From contig JBHLKM010000016.1 of the NCBI GenBank assembly GCA_048886685.1, positions 32,001 to 96,000 of the forward strand: a stretch of 64,000 nt of DNA. The letters are read 5' to 3'. Source of the stretch: Candidatus Hodarchaeota archaeon (GTDB taxonomy: Archaea; Asgardarchaeota; Lokiarchaeia; Sigyniarchaeales; SOKP01). Positions 51,101 through 59,787 of this stretch are shown here, piece by piece. A program made the position numbers and the translations under genes. The notes under the pieces were generated by a model. The model did no database searches, was not told the origin of the DNA, and was given only the letters and a program-made list of their open reading frames with translations. How positions within the stretch are numbered: the stretch's first letter is position 1; every line of letters starts with the position of its first letter.

Positions 51101-52136
51101 TAGAAGTGTCTGAATCTATCAACTGCCCATCTTTATAGATATAAGCTCTTCCAGCACTCCTATCTAAAACACCTACAAAATGGATCCAGGTATCAACTGT
51201 TATGGCATTAGATGAATATACATTAAATACATTATTTATACCATCTCCACCAGAAAATCTAACAGCATTAGTTCCTTTGAACCGCATTAACCAACCTTCA
51301 TTATTATCCACATCACCATTCCCTTTAAAAATAGCACCATATTGATCTGAAGTCATTGTTCCGTCTCTATATATCCAAGTTTCTACCGTAAAACTACCTG
51401 TTCCAAAATCAAGGTGACCATCAACAGGATCTCCCATATCAACCTTACTATCTACCCCATCACAATAATAACCCCCATCTATCTGACCAGAGGTTCCTTG
51501 AGTAACTCCTCCCGAAGGAGTACCATGAGTTGCATAAAAAGTCGAATCTCGAGCTAAACCACTTGATTCTGAAAGATGCCACACACCCTTATAATTCGCA
51601 TTCCACACCCCATTCGGATTTTCCCTACTACTCATAGTAGAGTTACTGTAATACATAGTTATTTGAGTATCAATAAGTGGAGATAATGAAGGAATTCTAA
51701 CCCACGCAACTAAATGAGCATGTGTATTATTATAGGTTTGGTTAAATAACTCAATTTCATGATCAAGCCAAGTATCATTTAGCGCGAAAGCTATATCATC
51801 ACCATCATTTTGGACTTCATAGCGTAAGTCTGAATCGTATATTGATATTAACAAGGGAAAATTAATATGACTACTTGTACCTATGACTTTAGTATGATCG
51901 ATTGTAATTTCTTTAAAGAATTTAAAATGTTTTTGATTAGGAGGATTATTCGAAGAAATATAAATATTCGGTTCTCTAACTGTTTCTCTTTTATCATATC
52001 CGTGATTTAAGTTTCTATTTAAATTTAAAAACAATGATGTGTTAATAATTGTAGGGAATATTATAATAAATAGTAAAATTACTAAAGATTTTAGTCTATA
52101 CTTGAATCCTCTTGAAATTTTTCTAATGTTTTTCAT
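45186..52136 (-). CDS. 2316-aa membrane-anchored surface protein: two (DUF2341-like + LamG) modules, beta-sandwich stalk, TM helix, cytoplasmic longin/uDENN-like domain
   Basis: N-terminal hydrophobic helix. Repeated NFP(L/V)LISI...AWVR...YKGVWHLSE and LamG FTV..WI...DEIRIS. TM FYFLLILFAIAASICSIVGY followed by LMKWDERIGTEIVTTYP. Confidence 0.8.
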   Translation of the reverse strand: MKNIRKISRGFKYRLKSLVILLFIIIFPTIINTSLFLNLNRNLNHGYDKRETVREPNIYISSNNPPNQKHFKFFKEITIDHTKVIGTSSHINFPLLISIYDSDLRYEVQNDGDDIAFALNDTWLDHEIELFNQTYNNTHAHLVAWVRIPSLSPLIDTQITMYYSNSTMSSRENPNGVWNANYKGVWHLSESSGLARDSTFYATHGTPSGGVTQGTSGQIDGGYYCDGVDSKVDMGDPVDGHLDFGTGSFTVETWIYRDGTMTSDQYGAIFKGNGDVDNNEGWLMRFKGTNAVRFSGGDGINNVFNVYSSNAITVDTWIHFVGVLDRSAGRAYIYKDGQLIDSDTSITNGNINSARTLYLSEDWSTSYHFKGLFDEIRISNIAISSEWIETGYNNQYNPNSFYSIGTSNLVYIPSFNDFKYYKEIIIDHTKVMGLVDHTNFPVLISITDQDLHNDVQPDGQDIAFALGNDWLDHEIELFNQNYNITHAQLIAWVRFPSLSTSTDTLIRMFYGNSTLHPQGSHEGVWNSNYKGVWHLSELSGDALDSTQYHASGTVTGTVSRVLGGKVNGGFNFATTGSTGTVNVGDPNDNHLDFGLTSFTVSFWINIDDSLGTWQVPLYKGASSAGDKGFDFETPTTGNYLSFRISDGTSVIGSPSTNIIFDSWIHITGVVDRANNKIRIYKDGIEDGTGTDISGVSGVSNTKDLQFPWVTFGIDGLLDEIRISNVALTPGWIETEYNNQHDPSLFFSLGLEQETELVGINTAQVNAIDLYGNTIPYANITMYNYTKLIRTDIADINGGVLFSNLTEAEYNFTVTIISYDGNHKEIVNTTSTAILIDKTFQIINLICNVSTNFFEVLDVDGIPVDSGWIIVGNSSHNLQNCTIDNVGHATFWWVNTTPYQYNYSIFYKDIDYTPNTIKLKTGVINTVNSTVLVQVELTTVNFTVITIDTSQPVSGVKLILNNTNTEENIVNLTTDLYGNAIFRWLNSSGINSNYSLNLDFYGKQWQFEISGLTLGMVYDVNFSINAKITYEIKIDITQSELEKFETSLVSFNPTDNIAIKWGSILKLRILFNVTKVPSSYESFLGPTYADSMLYQILEGTTLIQSQIIPIEENNIGVHQVKIETSGLECTYYLIKISAQKSGYILPQDLIFQLQILKNELILNQSENDYSAQTVYWSDNVNFSVNTYGAISERFTIEKNLVKNNSDTFTFSIPSIYNDFNLSRIVFNVYNVTFGVPEGDINLNITDDYGGKHIFNTSNSNYYYYDSIANNGSWYNLEIALNKGSLIGNNNFTFKIDGTFTESIDIIVDAYFIRDTINIQFSEFNITDTISVLTEVEGWAIKRISFEIYNCYNTSTWSKVNLSNPTTINITTNEGFKYNLDQGYSNGTGILTIDDRIIYPQSNQFLFDVESDTNVIFDVIIKVDYIQEFYKNQYLEILNLSRNKKDINNGGVFQISAVENGWFDDGAILWIKGINNGTDYLLPSEINMRITIGGQLYSISDSPRGAGEGLFSLRDFSKDILYTAVIEADQSVNFTLSFTIQYSRKISYDIIGKVSYEIQEAPYIYGTIEYNVNLGCYIKTIDTSIINTGKYTLIFSPIKDYYDSSEANLYLDLIILNRLTLINGSSNIYLYHMDNIYVKDSINYTFSYADELTGRNIIGLKYQDFTWEKYDDENKVIESGGGILNTTTDDLYVLDLNTETLAVGKYVITIFFDKDNYDYKIVIFSLFINKREISYSLSDRFKDSQISVVQGKLVPIEIEVTDPTKGDLPLLNATVILDIKGILYEFEEIGNGIYKLNFPTDNINAFFSAQTLTGKINVSKQDYITQEFSITIVVQMEEVFPGMPTFYFLLILFAIAASICSIVGYRVYKYATIPKFVKKIRSMKKAIDGNKIIPESLLYHNKETFIGELIREKWDTLGLSLEDIFGIKIEKYKKIPKEEREVAEFSRKHDKKPVGMVLMKWDERIGTEIVTTYPKNFEISEKTLLQVYSAHEYSEEKGVITLTAGSLNILSYYTGPEPGYYLLLFLNLDDDPDVYEGGMSDIVHIILQNLPDDSYLHMIPSLFHRIAVYPSLSEEEILANNYYNELKRIIIKNLRDYGAAYKSELEIWIKDKYVESYIDLDAILIDLIKRDIIKEVSVKGMPSELIFLTKDLFMLRVPPINLLENPIVKGLPTQFAKAYSSEVKKFFQNYHPSEEDNLRIVEILINPQVYETLRLLRTAIITKQDFEKLKKKGVEDIYSVLKMLWDTQMIKVFKDENNIEYYTLLSDLYIDYIFPKYLLSNIKLAYEQKSKAKKVLIEYLKVLEDAYFDLKTQEKGKK

Positions 52137-52511
52137 TGAAATTCAATGTTTTTTTTAAATAAATATATAAAATTACATAGAAATGTTTTTACTTTGTTTT
52201 TAAAACAAATTAAGAATTAGAAGAGAATTTTGATTTATATTTTTTTGTTCATATAAATTTTATAAGCAGATAAGTTGAGGGGGATATTGCATTAATTTTA
52301 AGAGATTATACCTGCAATTATAAAAGATGATATGAAATATTATTATTGGATTCCTTAATATAAATATTACTGTTTAATATATAAAAAAAGTTTATTTTGT
52401 GAATTTATCAATAGTCACCCTTCCTACATATTTTCCTTGTTCCAGCTCTTCAAATACCTAAATTTTTATAAAGATTACCTAATTAAAACTAAATTAAGGT
52501 GAAAACTGTTT

Positions 52512-53027
52512 ATGGTAAAGGAAATAAAAAATGTGTCTTTTATAGATGCAAAAACACAAGTCGAAGTCGCAATTACAAGGATCGCATTGTTGCACTTAGC
52601 TTTCTCAAGAACTTTAGTCGAGCAGTTAGGTCAAGAAAAAGGGAAAGAATTAATTCTTAAATCTATTATGGAATATGGTAAAATGATTGGTGAAAGAACA
52701 ATTCAACGTAAACAGGACCTTCCTAAATATGGCGTTCACGAGAAATTTGAGGGAGGAAAAGTCCATGGTTGTATTTTTGCAAAAATTTTTCACGAGTATA
52801 AGGAAGAAGATCTAGGATGTTTGTACTGCTATGTTGATGCTGCTAAATCTATGACAGTAAATCCAAAACGCAAACTCATTCATAAAGAGTGCGATGCGTG
52901 TGGCGACGATTATTGCGTTTTTGAATCGATCCCTACCACGGAAAAAGAGCAAATTCAATTTGTCGAGAAAGATGTAGAATGGAAAAATGTCGATCCTCGG
53001 CTTGTTGAAGGTATAAAAAGAGGTTGA
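52512..53027 (+). CDS. ATC-hydrolase-like (V4R-like) Cys-rich protein
   Basis: GCIFAK...GCLYCYVDAA...GDDYC. Confidence 0.7.
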   Translation: MVKEIKNVSFIDAKTQVEVAITRIALLHLAFSRTLVEQLGQEKGKELILKSIMEYGKMIGERTIQRKQDLPKYGVHEKFEGGKVHGCIFAKIFHEYKEEDLGCLYCYVDAAKSMTVNPKRKLIHKECDACGDDYCVFESIPTTEKEQIQFVEKDVEWKNVDPRLVEGIKRG

Positions 53028-53034
53028 AAAATAT

Positions 53035-53871
53035 ATGAGTGAACAAAAAATTTATGGGTACAATAGAGAGCAATTAATGAAAATAGAACCAGGAATTCTG
53101 AGAACTTTCATTCATGAGAGAACACACCATGGGATTGAAGTATTAATTTATAGGATTCTTGCAGGGAAAAAGAAAAAACCCAGAAATTTTGGATATCAAG
53201 CAAAATTGCTTCTCGAAGTATGGAAAGAAAGAGGATTGTCCATAGATGCTCCCGATCTTCAATGGTCCGCAAGATATGTTGAGTTAGCAGATAGGTTGAA
53301 TGCAGGTGAGAGAATATCGCTTGAAGAAAAATTACCCCTGCCATTTTCAGAACAGGAGATAATTACGGTTAAAAAGTTACTATATGAGAGAAGATCTATA
53401 CGGCAATTCCTAAATAAGCCTGTTCCAGAAGAAATGGTAAATGAAATCATGAAAGCAGGATTGATGGCTCCTCAAGGCTGTAATGTTGGTTCCACACGAT
53501 TCATTATTCTACGGGATCCTAAAGAAATGAAGATGTTGGCTAGCGACATACCCATTGAAAATGGTGTGATGATCGTGGTTTGCCAAGATATGCGAGTTTA
53601 TGAATGTCTTAGGTTCGACGAATTCGTTCCTCAAAACATTTATTTTGACGCTGCCGCTGCTGCTGATCATATGGTATTAATGGCTCATGCATTGGGTTTA
53701 GGTGCTTGTTGGTTAACTCATGGATCAGAGACCCAGAAGAAGATCCAGCAATATTTTGGACTACCAGAAACTTTTATAAGTCGATGTCATATCATCTTGG
53801 GATGGCCCGATGAAGCTCCAATAAAGTCTGGAAGAATGAAGCTAAAAGAAGCAATTATCGAGAAAAAATAA
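53035..53871 (+). CDS. Nitroreductase-family protein with N-terminal extension
   Basis: RRSIRQF, APQGCN and AHALGLGACW. Confidence 0.9.
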   Translation: MSEQKIYGYNREQLMKIEPGILRTFIHERTHHGIEVLIYRILAGKKKKPRNFGYQAKLLLEVWKERGLSIDAPDLQWSARYVELADRLNAGERISLEEKLPLPFSEQEIITVKKLLYERRSIRQFLNKPVPEEMVNEIMKAGLMAPQGCNVGSTRFIILRDPKEMKMLASDIPIENGVMIVVCQDMRVYECLRFDEFVPQNIYFDAAAAADHMVLMAHALGLGACWLTHGSETQKKIQQYFGLPETFISRCHIILGWPDEAPIKSGRMKLKEAIIEKK

Positions 53872-53965
53872 CACATAATACGCAAATAATGTAAAAGTAA
53901 AAAAAAAAGAAAAAAAAATTGAAACATCTGAATACTTGATAAAATCTACTCAAAGATTAGTTTTC

Positions 53966-54532
53966 TTAACTTCCACTGCTTTCGCTCCCAGATGCTTTTG
54001 CTTTTTCTTCTGCTTTTTTTTGTTTAGCTTGTTTTTTTGCTAATTTAACATCCCCAAATGAAGGAGTCAATTTTGAGCCTTTTACCGGTAATATGCACGT
54101 TCCATCTTGTTTTACAGATCCTCTAGAAGCAACCATTGCTGTTTTTTGATTAAAGTGTAGCTCCAAGCGCCATTGATTATATATGTCATCTTCTTTTCCC
54201 TTGCCCTTTTTTTTTTGCCATGTTGGCAATTTAATCTTAAAAGGATATTCTTTTGTCTCGCCTGCCTTTAATTTCTCACCAGAAGCAATGTCCCATTGCT
54301 TTAATTCCTTCTTTCGATCTCTCCAAGCTTCAGTTTCTTCTCCAGTTTCAGGATCCGTAGAAGTGACAAATTCTTTATATATATCATATAATTCAATAAA
54401 CAACTTTTTTAACTTTTTATCCTTTTTTTCTCCGTTGGTTATTATGATCTTTCCTCCAATTTCATCATTGGGTTTAACGATTAGTGGAGGATCTTTAATC
54501 TCATATGCTACATGAACTTTTGTTCCAACCAT
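53966..54532 (-). CDS. Hypothetical protein, arrestin-N/SpoOM-like beta-sandwich
   Basis: Weak pattern: EIGGKIII...LFIELY...LKAGETKEYPFKIKLP. Confidence 0.5.
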   Translation of the reverse strand: MVGTKVHVAYEIKDPPLIVKPNDEIGGKIIITNGEKKDKKLKKLFIELYDIYKEFVTSTDPETGEETEAWRDRKKELKQWDIASGEKLKAGETKEYPFKIKLPTWQKKKGKGKEDDIYNQWRLELHFNQKTAMVASRGSVKQDGTCILPVKGSKLTPSFGDVKLAKKQAKQKKAEEKAKASGSESSGS

Positions 54533-54647
54533 AATTTTTGCACCAAAAATGTAATATATTTAGACTTTATAAATGCATTTGGAATTAGTATATTAATGCT
54601 TTCAAGGAGTCAAAATCTAAAAAAAAAAAGGAATATATTAGTTCTTA

Positions 54648-55388
54648 TTATTTTGAATTTTTCTTGAGTATTTCTGCTACTTTAGCTATATATTTATCCA
54701 TTTTAGGTCCTTTTTTGACAATCACGGTAATATTCATGTCAGTAACTTTTTCTTTCCCTTTTTTATCGGTGAAAGGAACGTCTACTTTATACTTGATAAC
54801 ACCTTTTTTAATCTTCTTCTCTTCTATGTCATAATTGTCCTTAAATGGATAAATATGGCCATAATTCAAGATATTAGATGCCTCCATATCTGCTGCCACA
54901 GATTTAGCGATGGAATCTGATACTGACTTGTGAACAGCATACGACCCAAGCCTAATAAATTCCAAACCCATTCCACTTAATCTCGCTTGTTTAATTTCCT
55001 TCTTTCCCGAAGCAATAATCCTAAAATTCGAGATGTAAAGCATCCCAGTAATTTCCGAATTGTCGTCTTGGAGCCATCCCTCTGTAATTACCTTAAATTC
55101 CTCACCTGGAAGTTTACAAAATTTCTTAATGAAATGCGTTTCAAAATCAACCAGTTTTGGTCCATATCTCGCTGATGCCATGAACATAAATCCTTTATAT
55201 ATTTTATCATTGAACTGCTCTACGTCCGCTTCGATAATAGCCTTGAAAATCTCACCCATCGCATCATATTCATCGGGTACAAGCTTTTTAAATCCCCCTA
55301 ACAACTTCTTTACGACATTTCCGTGCTTTTTATTAGCAATAAGATCTAATACCTCATCTTTAAGAGCAACATAATCAGTTGGTGCCAT
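54648..55388 (-). CDS. Hypothetical protein with a possible GRAM/PH-like domain
   Basis: KLPGEE...TGMLYISNFRII resembles the GRAM-type G-x-L-Y-I-[ST]-N-x-R motif. Confidence 0.5.
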   Translation of the reverse strand: MAPTDYVALKDEVLDLIANKKHGNVVKKLLGGFKKLVPDEYDAMGEIFKAIIEADVEQFNDKIYKGFMFMASARYGPKLVDFETHFIKKFCKLPGEEFKVITEGWLQDDNSEITGMLYISNFRIIASGKKEIKQARLSGMGLEFIRLGSYAVHKSVSDSIAKSVAADMEASNILNYGHIYPFKDNYDIEEKKIKKGVIKYKVDVPFTDKKGKEKVTDMNITVIVKKGPKMDKYIAKVAEILKKNSK

Positions 55389-55684
55389 AAAATTTGCCTC
55401 ATTTCGATTAAATTTCTAAAAATATGAAAGACGGTATGAAGAATACTCTCAACCTTTTTCATAATTTTTTTTCAAATTACTAATAACATGATAAGTTTAA
55501 TGTTTAAATGTTTGCAAAGTCTTTTTTTTAAGTTGGTTTGATTTCCGAAAACATTAAGGTTCTAATGTAAAAATTTTTTTTCTTCTTTTTTCTTGAAATC
55601 TGGTTTCTCTGTGTATTAATTTCTATTTATTAGCTTCAAAATTAATGTTTTAAAAACTTTGAAATAGTTCAATTATTATAGGAT

Positions 55685-56365
55685 TTATTTTTTATAATTA
55701 TCTAAAACTTGTTCAACTTCACGTTTGCCAAGCAATTTTTTTAAGATTGGGATTGCTAAAGATTTAGAGAAAAACTTTGGATTGAAATTGTTATCAACCC
55801 ATTTTTTTAATTGATTAATGACACTTTTTAAGTCTTGTGAAACTTTATGTATACCTCTGGTTGGCTTAGAAAAAGAGACATCTTCTACTGGTAATCCATC
55901 CACGTATACCATAACCTTCCATTGTAATTCTTTTTTTCTGAAGGTTTCCCCCTCTACATGGATTATATTTACCTCTATTAGTTTTCCAATATAATAATCA
56001 TTTCCGAAACCAAATTTATCCACAAAAGAAGTAAAGTACTCTACTGGTAATGAAGCAAATGCATCGTATAGCTCAAGAATATTAATGTCTACGCACAGTC
56101 CATGAAATACGTTGTCAAGATCTCCCGTCTTAAGCTCTGCTATTGAAAAATAGCGTAAATATCCAAGATTTGCAAGTAAATATCTCATTAGAGCAGGATC
56201 ATACTGAGAAAAAACCTCAATAAATTGCTGTTTAAGTTGAGGAGATGGTTCTTTATCCTGTTCCAAAACGTTTAAATAAAGTGATCTTAACTCTAAGGCT
56301 CTTTGTTTTAAAATCTGATCAGAAACTTCTTCTAGGATTTCCTTCTCCTTATCAGTGAATTTCAT
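55685..56365 (-). CDS. Hypothetical protein
   Basis: 226-aa ORF with no recognised motif. Confidence 0.65.
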   Translation of the reverse strand: MKFTDKEKEILEEVSDQILKQRALELRSLYLNVLEQDKEPSPQLKQQFIEVFSQYDPALMRYLLANLGYLRYFSIAELKTGDLDNVFHGLCVDINILELYDAFASLPVEYFTSFVDKFGFGNDYYIGKLIEVNIIHVEGETFRKKELQWKVMVYVDGLPVEDVSFSKPTRGIHKVSQDLKSVINQLKKWVDNNFNPKFFSKSLAIPILKKLLGKREVEQVLDNYKK

Positions 56366-56927
56366 AAGTAATTATATCTAATTTTTCCTTATGAATCTAT
56401 AGAGATTAGCTATTTCCTAAAGAATTGAAAATAATTTTTAGTATATGATTCAATGCTTCAATTTGTACACAAATTGTGAAATTTCAATTTTTTATCTCAA
56501 AAATACTTTCATCCTCAAACCTATTTTTTTACATTTTAGTAGTAAATTAACGATTATAACACATCAATTATCTAAAAAGCGACAAAAATAACTATTAGCA
56601 TGTGTTTCTTATAAAAAATAGATATCACAAAACTATTATAACACTTTTTTTATCATTGCATTGCATAAAAAAATTAAGATTGTTTTCTCTAGATACTTTT
56701 TTATACAAATCACAAAGATATTGTGCTCATATATAAATACAATTTTTACAACAAAACATTTATATATGAGATTGTGATACTAATATTATAACTAAGAATG
56801 ATTTTTTCACACAAATGTTTCTCACAAAAGTTTTGTGTACAAAAAAATCTGACTAAATAGCGGTTGTGCGTTAAAAAAAATTTTTTAAAAATTACCTTCA
56901 TAAGATTTGGGCTAAGGTTAGGGAATA

Positions 56928-57827
56928 ATGGTTGTAAGAGATATTGAAATAAGTCCTCAGGCGAGTTTTTGTCCTGAATGTGGCGGGGGTACAATTTCAA
57001 TTCATCAAAAAGGGGAAACAGTTTGTCAGCAGTGTGGCTTAGTAGTGAATGAGAAAGAAGTTGATATTTCTCATAGTGGAATTAGAGCGTATTCAAAACA
57101 GGAGAAGGATAAAAAAGAACGAACAGGCTGCCCTATATCCATTTTAATGCCGGATATAGGATTAAGTACTATTATAGATAGAACAAAGATAAAGAATCCT
57201 GATTTAAGAAGGGCAGCTAAGTGGAACACGCATTTATCATGGGAAAAGAGAAATATGCTTATAGCTATAACAGAATTAAAGAGAATTGGCGGCAATTTAA
57301 ATTTCCCTGAGCGTGTCAAAAAGGCAGCAGTTCGTCTTTATAAAGAGGTATTTAAGAAGAATTTATTACGGGGGAGGTCAATAAATGGGATGATTGCAGC
57401 ATGTGCGTATTATGTATGCAAACAAGAGAGAGTACCTATTACACTACAGGAAATCTTAGATGAGGCGTCTATAAACGATAACATAGTAAAAAAGTGTTAT
57501 AAAATTTTAGTACGAGAACTGAACCTAAAATCTCCACATATCGATCCAATTGCATTGATTCCGAGATATTGTGCAGATTTAGGATTAAATATCAATATTG
57601 AGAAGGAAGCAATAAAAGTATTAAAAAATTTCATAGAAGCTACTTCCATCTGCGGTAAAGATCCGAAAGGGTTATGTGCAGGAGCGATTTATTTAGTAGC
57701 AAAGCTAAAGAACCGAAAAGTAAGTCAGAAAGATATTTCACGGGTGATAGGGGTTACAGAGGTAACCTTACGCTCGAGGTATAAAGAATTTTTACAACAC
57801 GTTAGTTTTAATTTTAATGCAAACTAA
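56928..57827 (+). CDS. tfb: Transcription initiation factor IIB paralogue
   Basis: CPECG...CQQCG ribbon, LRGRS, GKDPKGLCAGAIY and VTEVTLRSRYKE. Confidence 0.95.
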   Translation: MVVRDIEISPQASFCPECGGGTISIHQKGETVCQQCGLVVNEKEVDISHSGIRAYSKQEKDKKERTGCPISILMPDIGLSTIIDRTKIKNPDLRRAAKWNTHLSWEKRNMLIAITELKRIGGNLNFPERVKKAAVRLYKEVFKKNLLRGRSINGMIAACAYYVCKQERVPITLQEILDEASINDNIVKKCYKILVRELNLKSPHIDPIALIPRYCADLGLNINIEKEAIKVLKNFIEATSICGKDPKGLCAGAIYLVAKLKNRKVSQKDISRVIGVTEVTLRSRYKEFLQHVSFNFNAN

Positions 57828-58073
57828 ATTTTTCTTTTTACATTTCCAATAGAGTTTGAGGAGACTCATCTCCTCATTTTAATTTAACTCTGATATTCCC
57901 ACTGATAGATCAACGATTTTTACTCTCGTAACATTTTCAGAAGCAATATCCCTCGATTTTGATTAAATATTTAAATAAAAAATCAATAATAATTACTTGA
58001 AATCTAATTTAATGTTTTATGATTTAAAATCAAATTTTCAATTAAAAATAAAAAAAGAGGGTGTTGCTAAATC

Positions 58074-58385
58074 ATGGCAATTTTTATGCTTACTTCTTGG
58101 TTTCCATTCAATAAAGCTATAGAAGTTGGGAATTTAGTAACGAAATATACTAAACTTCCTGATTATATAACAAAATGGCGAACTTTCTCAACAGCTGATG
58201 GTCCCGAAGGAATGAAAGTTTACAATCTAATATATGTTAAAGATGATAAGATTGTGGAAGCAGAGCTTTATGTTGCAAGGTTAATGCGAGAGTTTACTGA
58301 TGGGATTAACGGATATACATATAAAGTAGAAGTAGTTTTGAGTGGTACAGATACTCGAAAATCTCTAGATGTAAAATTGTTGTAA
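58074..58385 (+). CDS. Small hypothetical protein
   Basis: 103-aa ORF with upstream GAGGGTG. Confidence 0.7.
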   Translation: MAIFMLTSWFPFNKAIEVGNLVTKYTKLPDYITKWRTFSTADGPEGMKVYNLIYVKDDKIVEAELYVARLMREFTDGINGYTYKVEVVLSGTDTRKSLDVKLL

Positions 58386-58615
58386 ACATAAAATCAATTA
58401 TCTTTTTTTTTAAATTTAAAATTAGAATAAGAATAGTAGATGGATTTTTTTTCTAAAAGAATTTGGAATTTGAACCAGAATAGTTTTATTATTATTTACT
58501 TTAAAGATTTTTCTATCTCTATCAAACTTTAAAAAAATTTAAATAATAGCTCTTTCATAATAGAGGTAAAAATTAGATTGAAAAAAAAATTATAATATTT
58601 CTAGGGTGAAGTTTT

Positions 58616-59575
58616 ATATCAAATTTATTTTCGATTATATTTTTAGCAATTGGAGCTTTAATTTTTATTTTGATTATAAGATATATAGTCATTACAACAA
58701 GATGTTCTAAGTGGCCAGTTGTTGTTGGTGAGATTATTTCGTCAGAAATGAAGCCAAAATATAAAAAATTAGCTGAATTTACTGAAGCAGTCCACACGGT
58801 CGCTGGGATTTATCAACCAGATATAACCTATACCTATGATATTGATGGAGAGAAATACACTAATAATATGGTGAGACCAGTCGGAAGAAATGTGTATAAA
58901 GATAAACCTTTGGTACAGCGGGTATTAAATTTGTTTCCGGTAGGTTACAAGGTCTACATTTTCTACAATCCTAAAAATCCTCATAAATCAGTACTGGATC
59001 CTTGGATACGTTTTTCTCCAGTAGCAATTACGATACCTACAGCTCTAATTTTCCTAGGTTTGGGATTTTCTTTTAGTGGATTTAGTTTATTAATTCCAAT
59101 AGGGATAAATTTTATTTCATTTGCATTATACGTTGTTTCTGTGCTAATTATTGGACAAAATTTTAGATATTTAGTGAAAGCATTGAAAAGTAAAAAATGG
59201 CCCTATGTGGAAGGAGAAATACAAAAAGTAATGGTATATAGAAAACAAGAAGATCAAGCTGTCTCTTATAATGTGGACGTAACCTACACTTATGAGGTTC
59301 AGGGACAAAAATTTACTAATCATCAAATAAAACTCGATTTCGTACATGGAACTCGAACATTCGTACCAAAAATCTTTGCTATGATGAAAGTAGAAAAATA
59401 TGAAGAAGGAAATAAAATTAATGTTTTTTACGATCCTCACAATCCCAATGAATCAATACTGGAGCGTGGCCTAAGTTACTTTACATTTTTCCTGATGTTG
59501 ATTGTAGGTATTGGATTATTCTTTTTTGGCTTTTTCGTAATTCAATTAATGATTTATAATATTTTACTTGGATAG
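58616..59575 (+). CDS. Tandem DUF3592-like membrane protein (probable ATA start)
   Basis: Two WPxVxGEI...YTY...YxPxNP repeats. The frame extends from TTG 58670 to ATA 58616 behind GGGTGA, adding the expected first TM helix. Confidence 0.8.
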   Translation: MSNLFSIIFLAIGALIFILIIRYIVITTRCSKWPVVVGEIISSEMKPKYKKLAEFTEAVHTVAGIYQPDITYTYDIDGEKYTNNMVRPVGRNVYKDKPLVQRVLNLFPVGYKVYIFYNPKNPHKSVLDPWIRFSPVAITIPTALIFLGLGFSFSGFSLLIPIGINFISFALYVVSVLIIGQNFRYLVKALKSKKWPYVEGEIQKVMVYRKQEDQAVSYNVDVTYTYEVQGQKFTNHQIKLDFVHGTRTFVPKIFAMMKVEKYEEGNKINVFYDPHNPNESILERGLSYFTFFLMLIVGIGLFFFGFFVIQLMIYNILLG

Positions 59576-59787
59576 ATCTTATCTTAATACGTATGTAAGC
59601 AGAGACCAATTCTATTAAAAAAATGTCGAATCTTAAAATCTGATTTTTATCCATTTTTTTTAATCTGCAGGAAATGATTAATTACTCTAATATTCTTTTT
59701 TTTAGTAATCTATAAAATCTGAATTATTCCAACAATAAAGAATGGGAAATATATTTTCCACAGTAAATTTAATTATGATGTAGCTTT

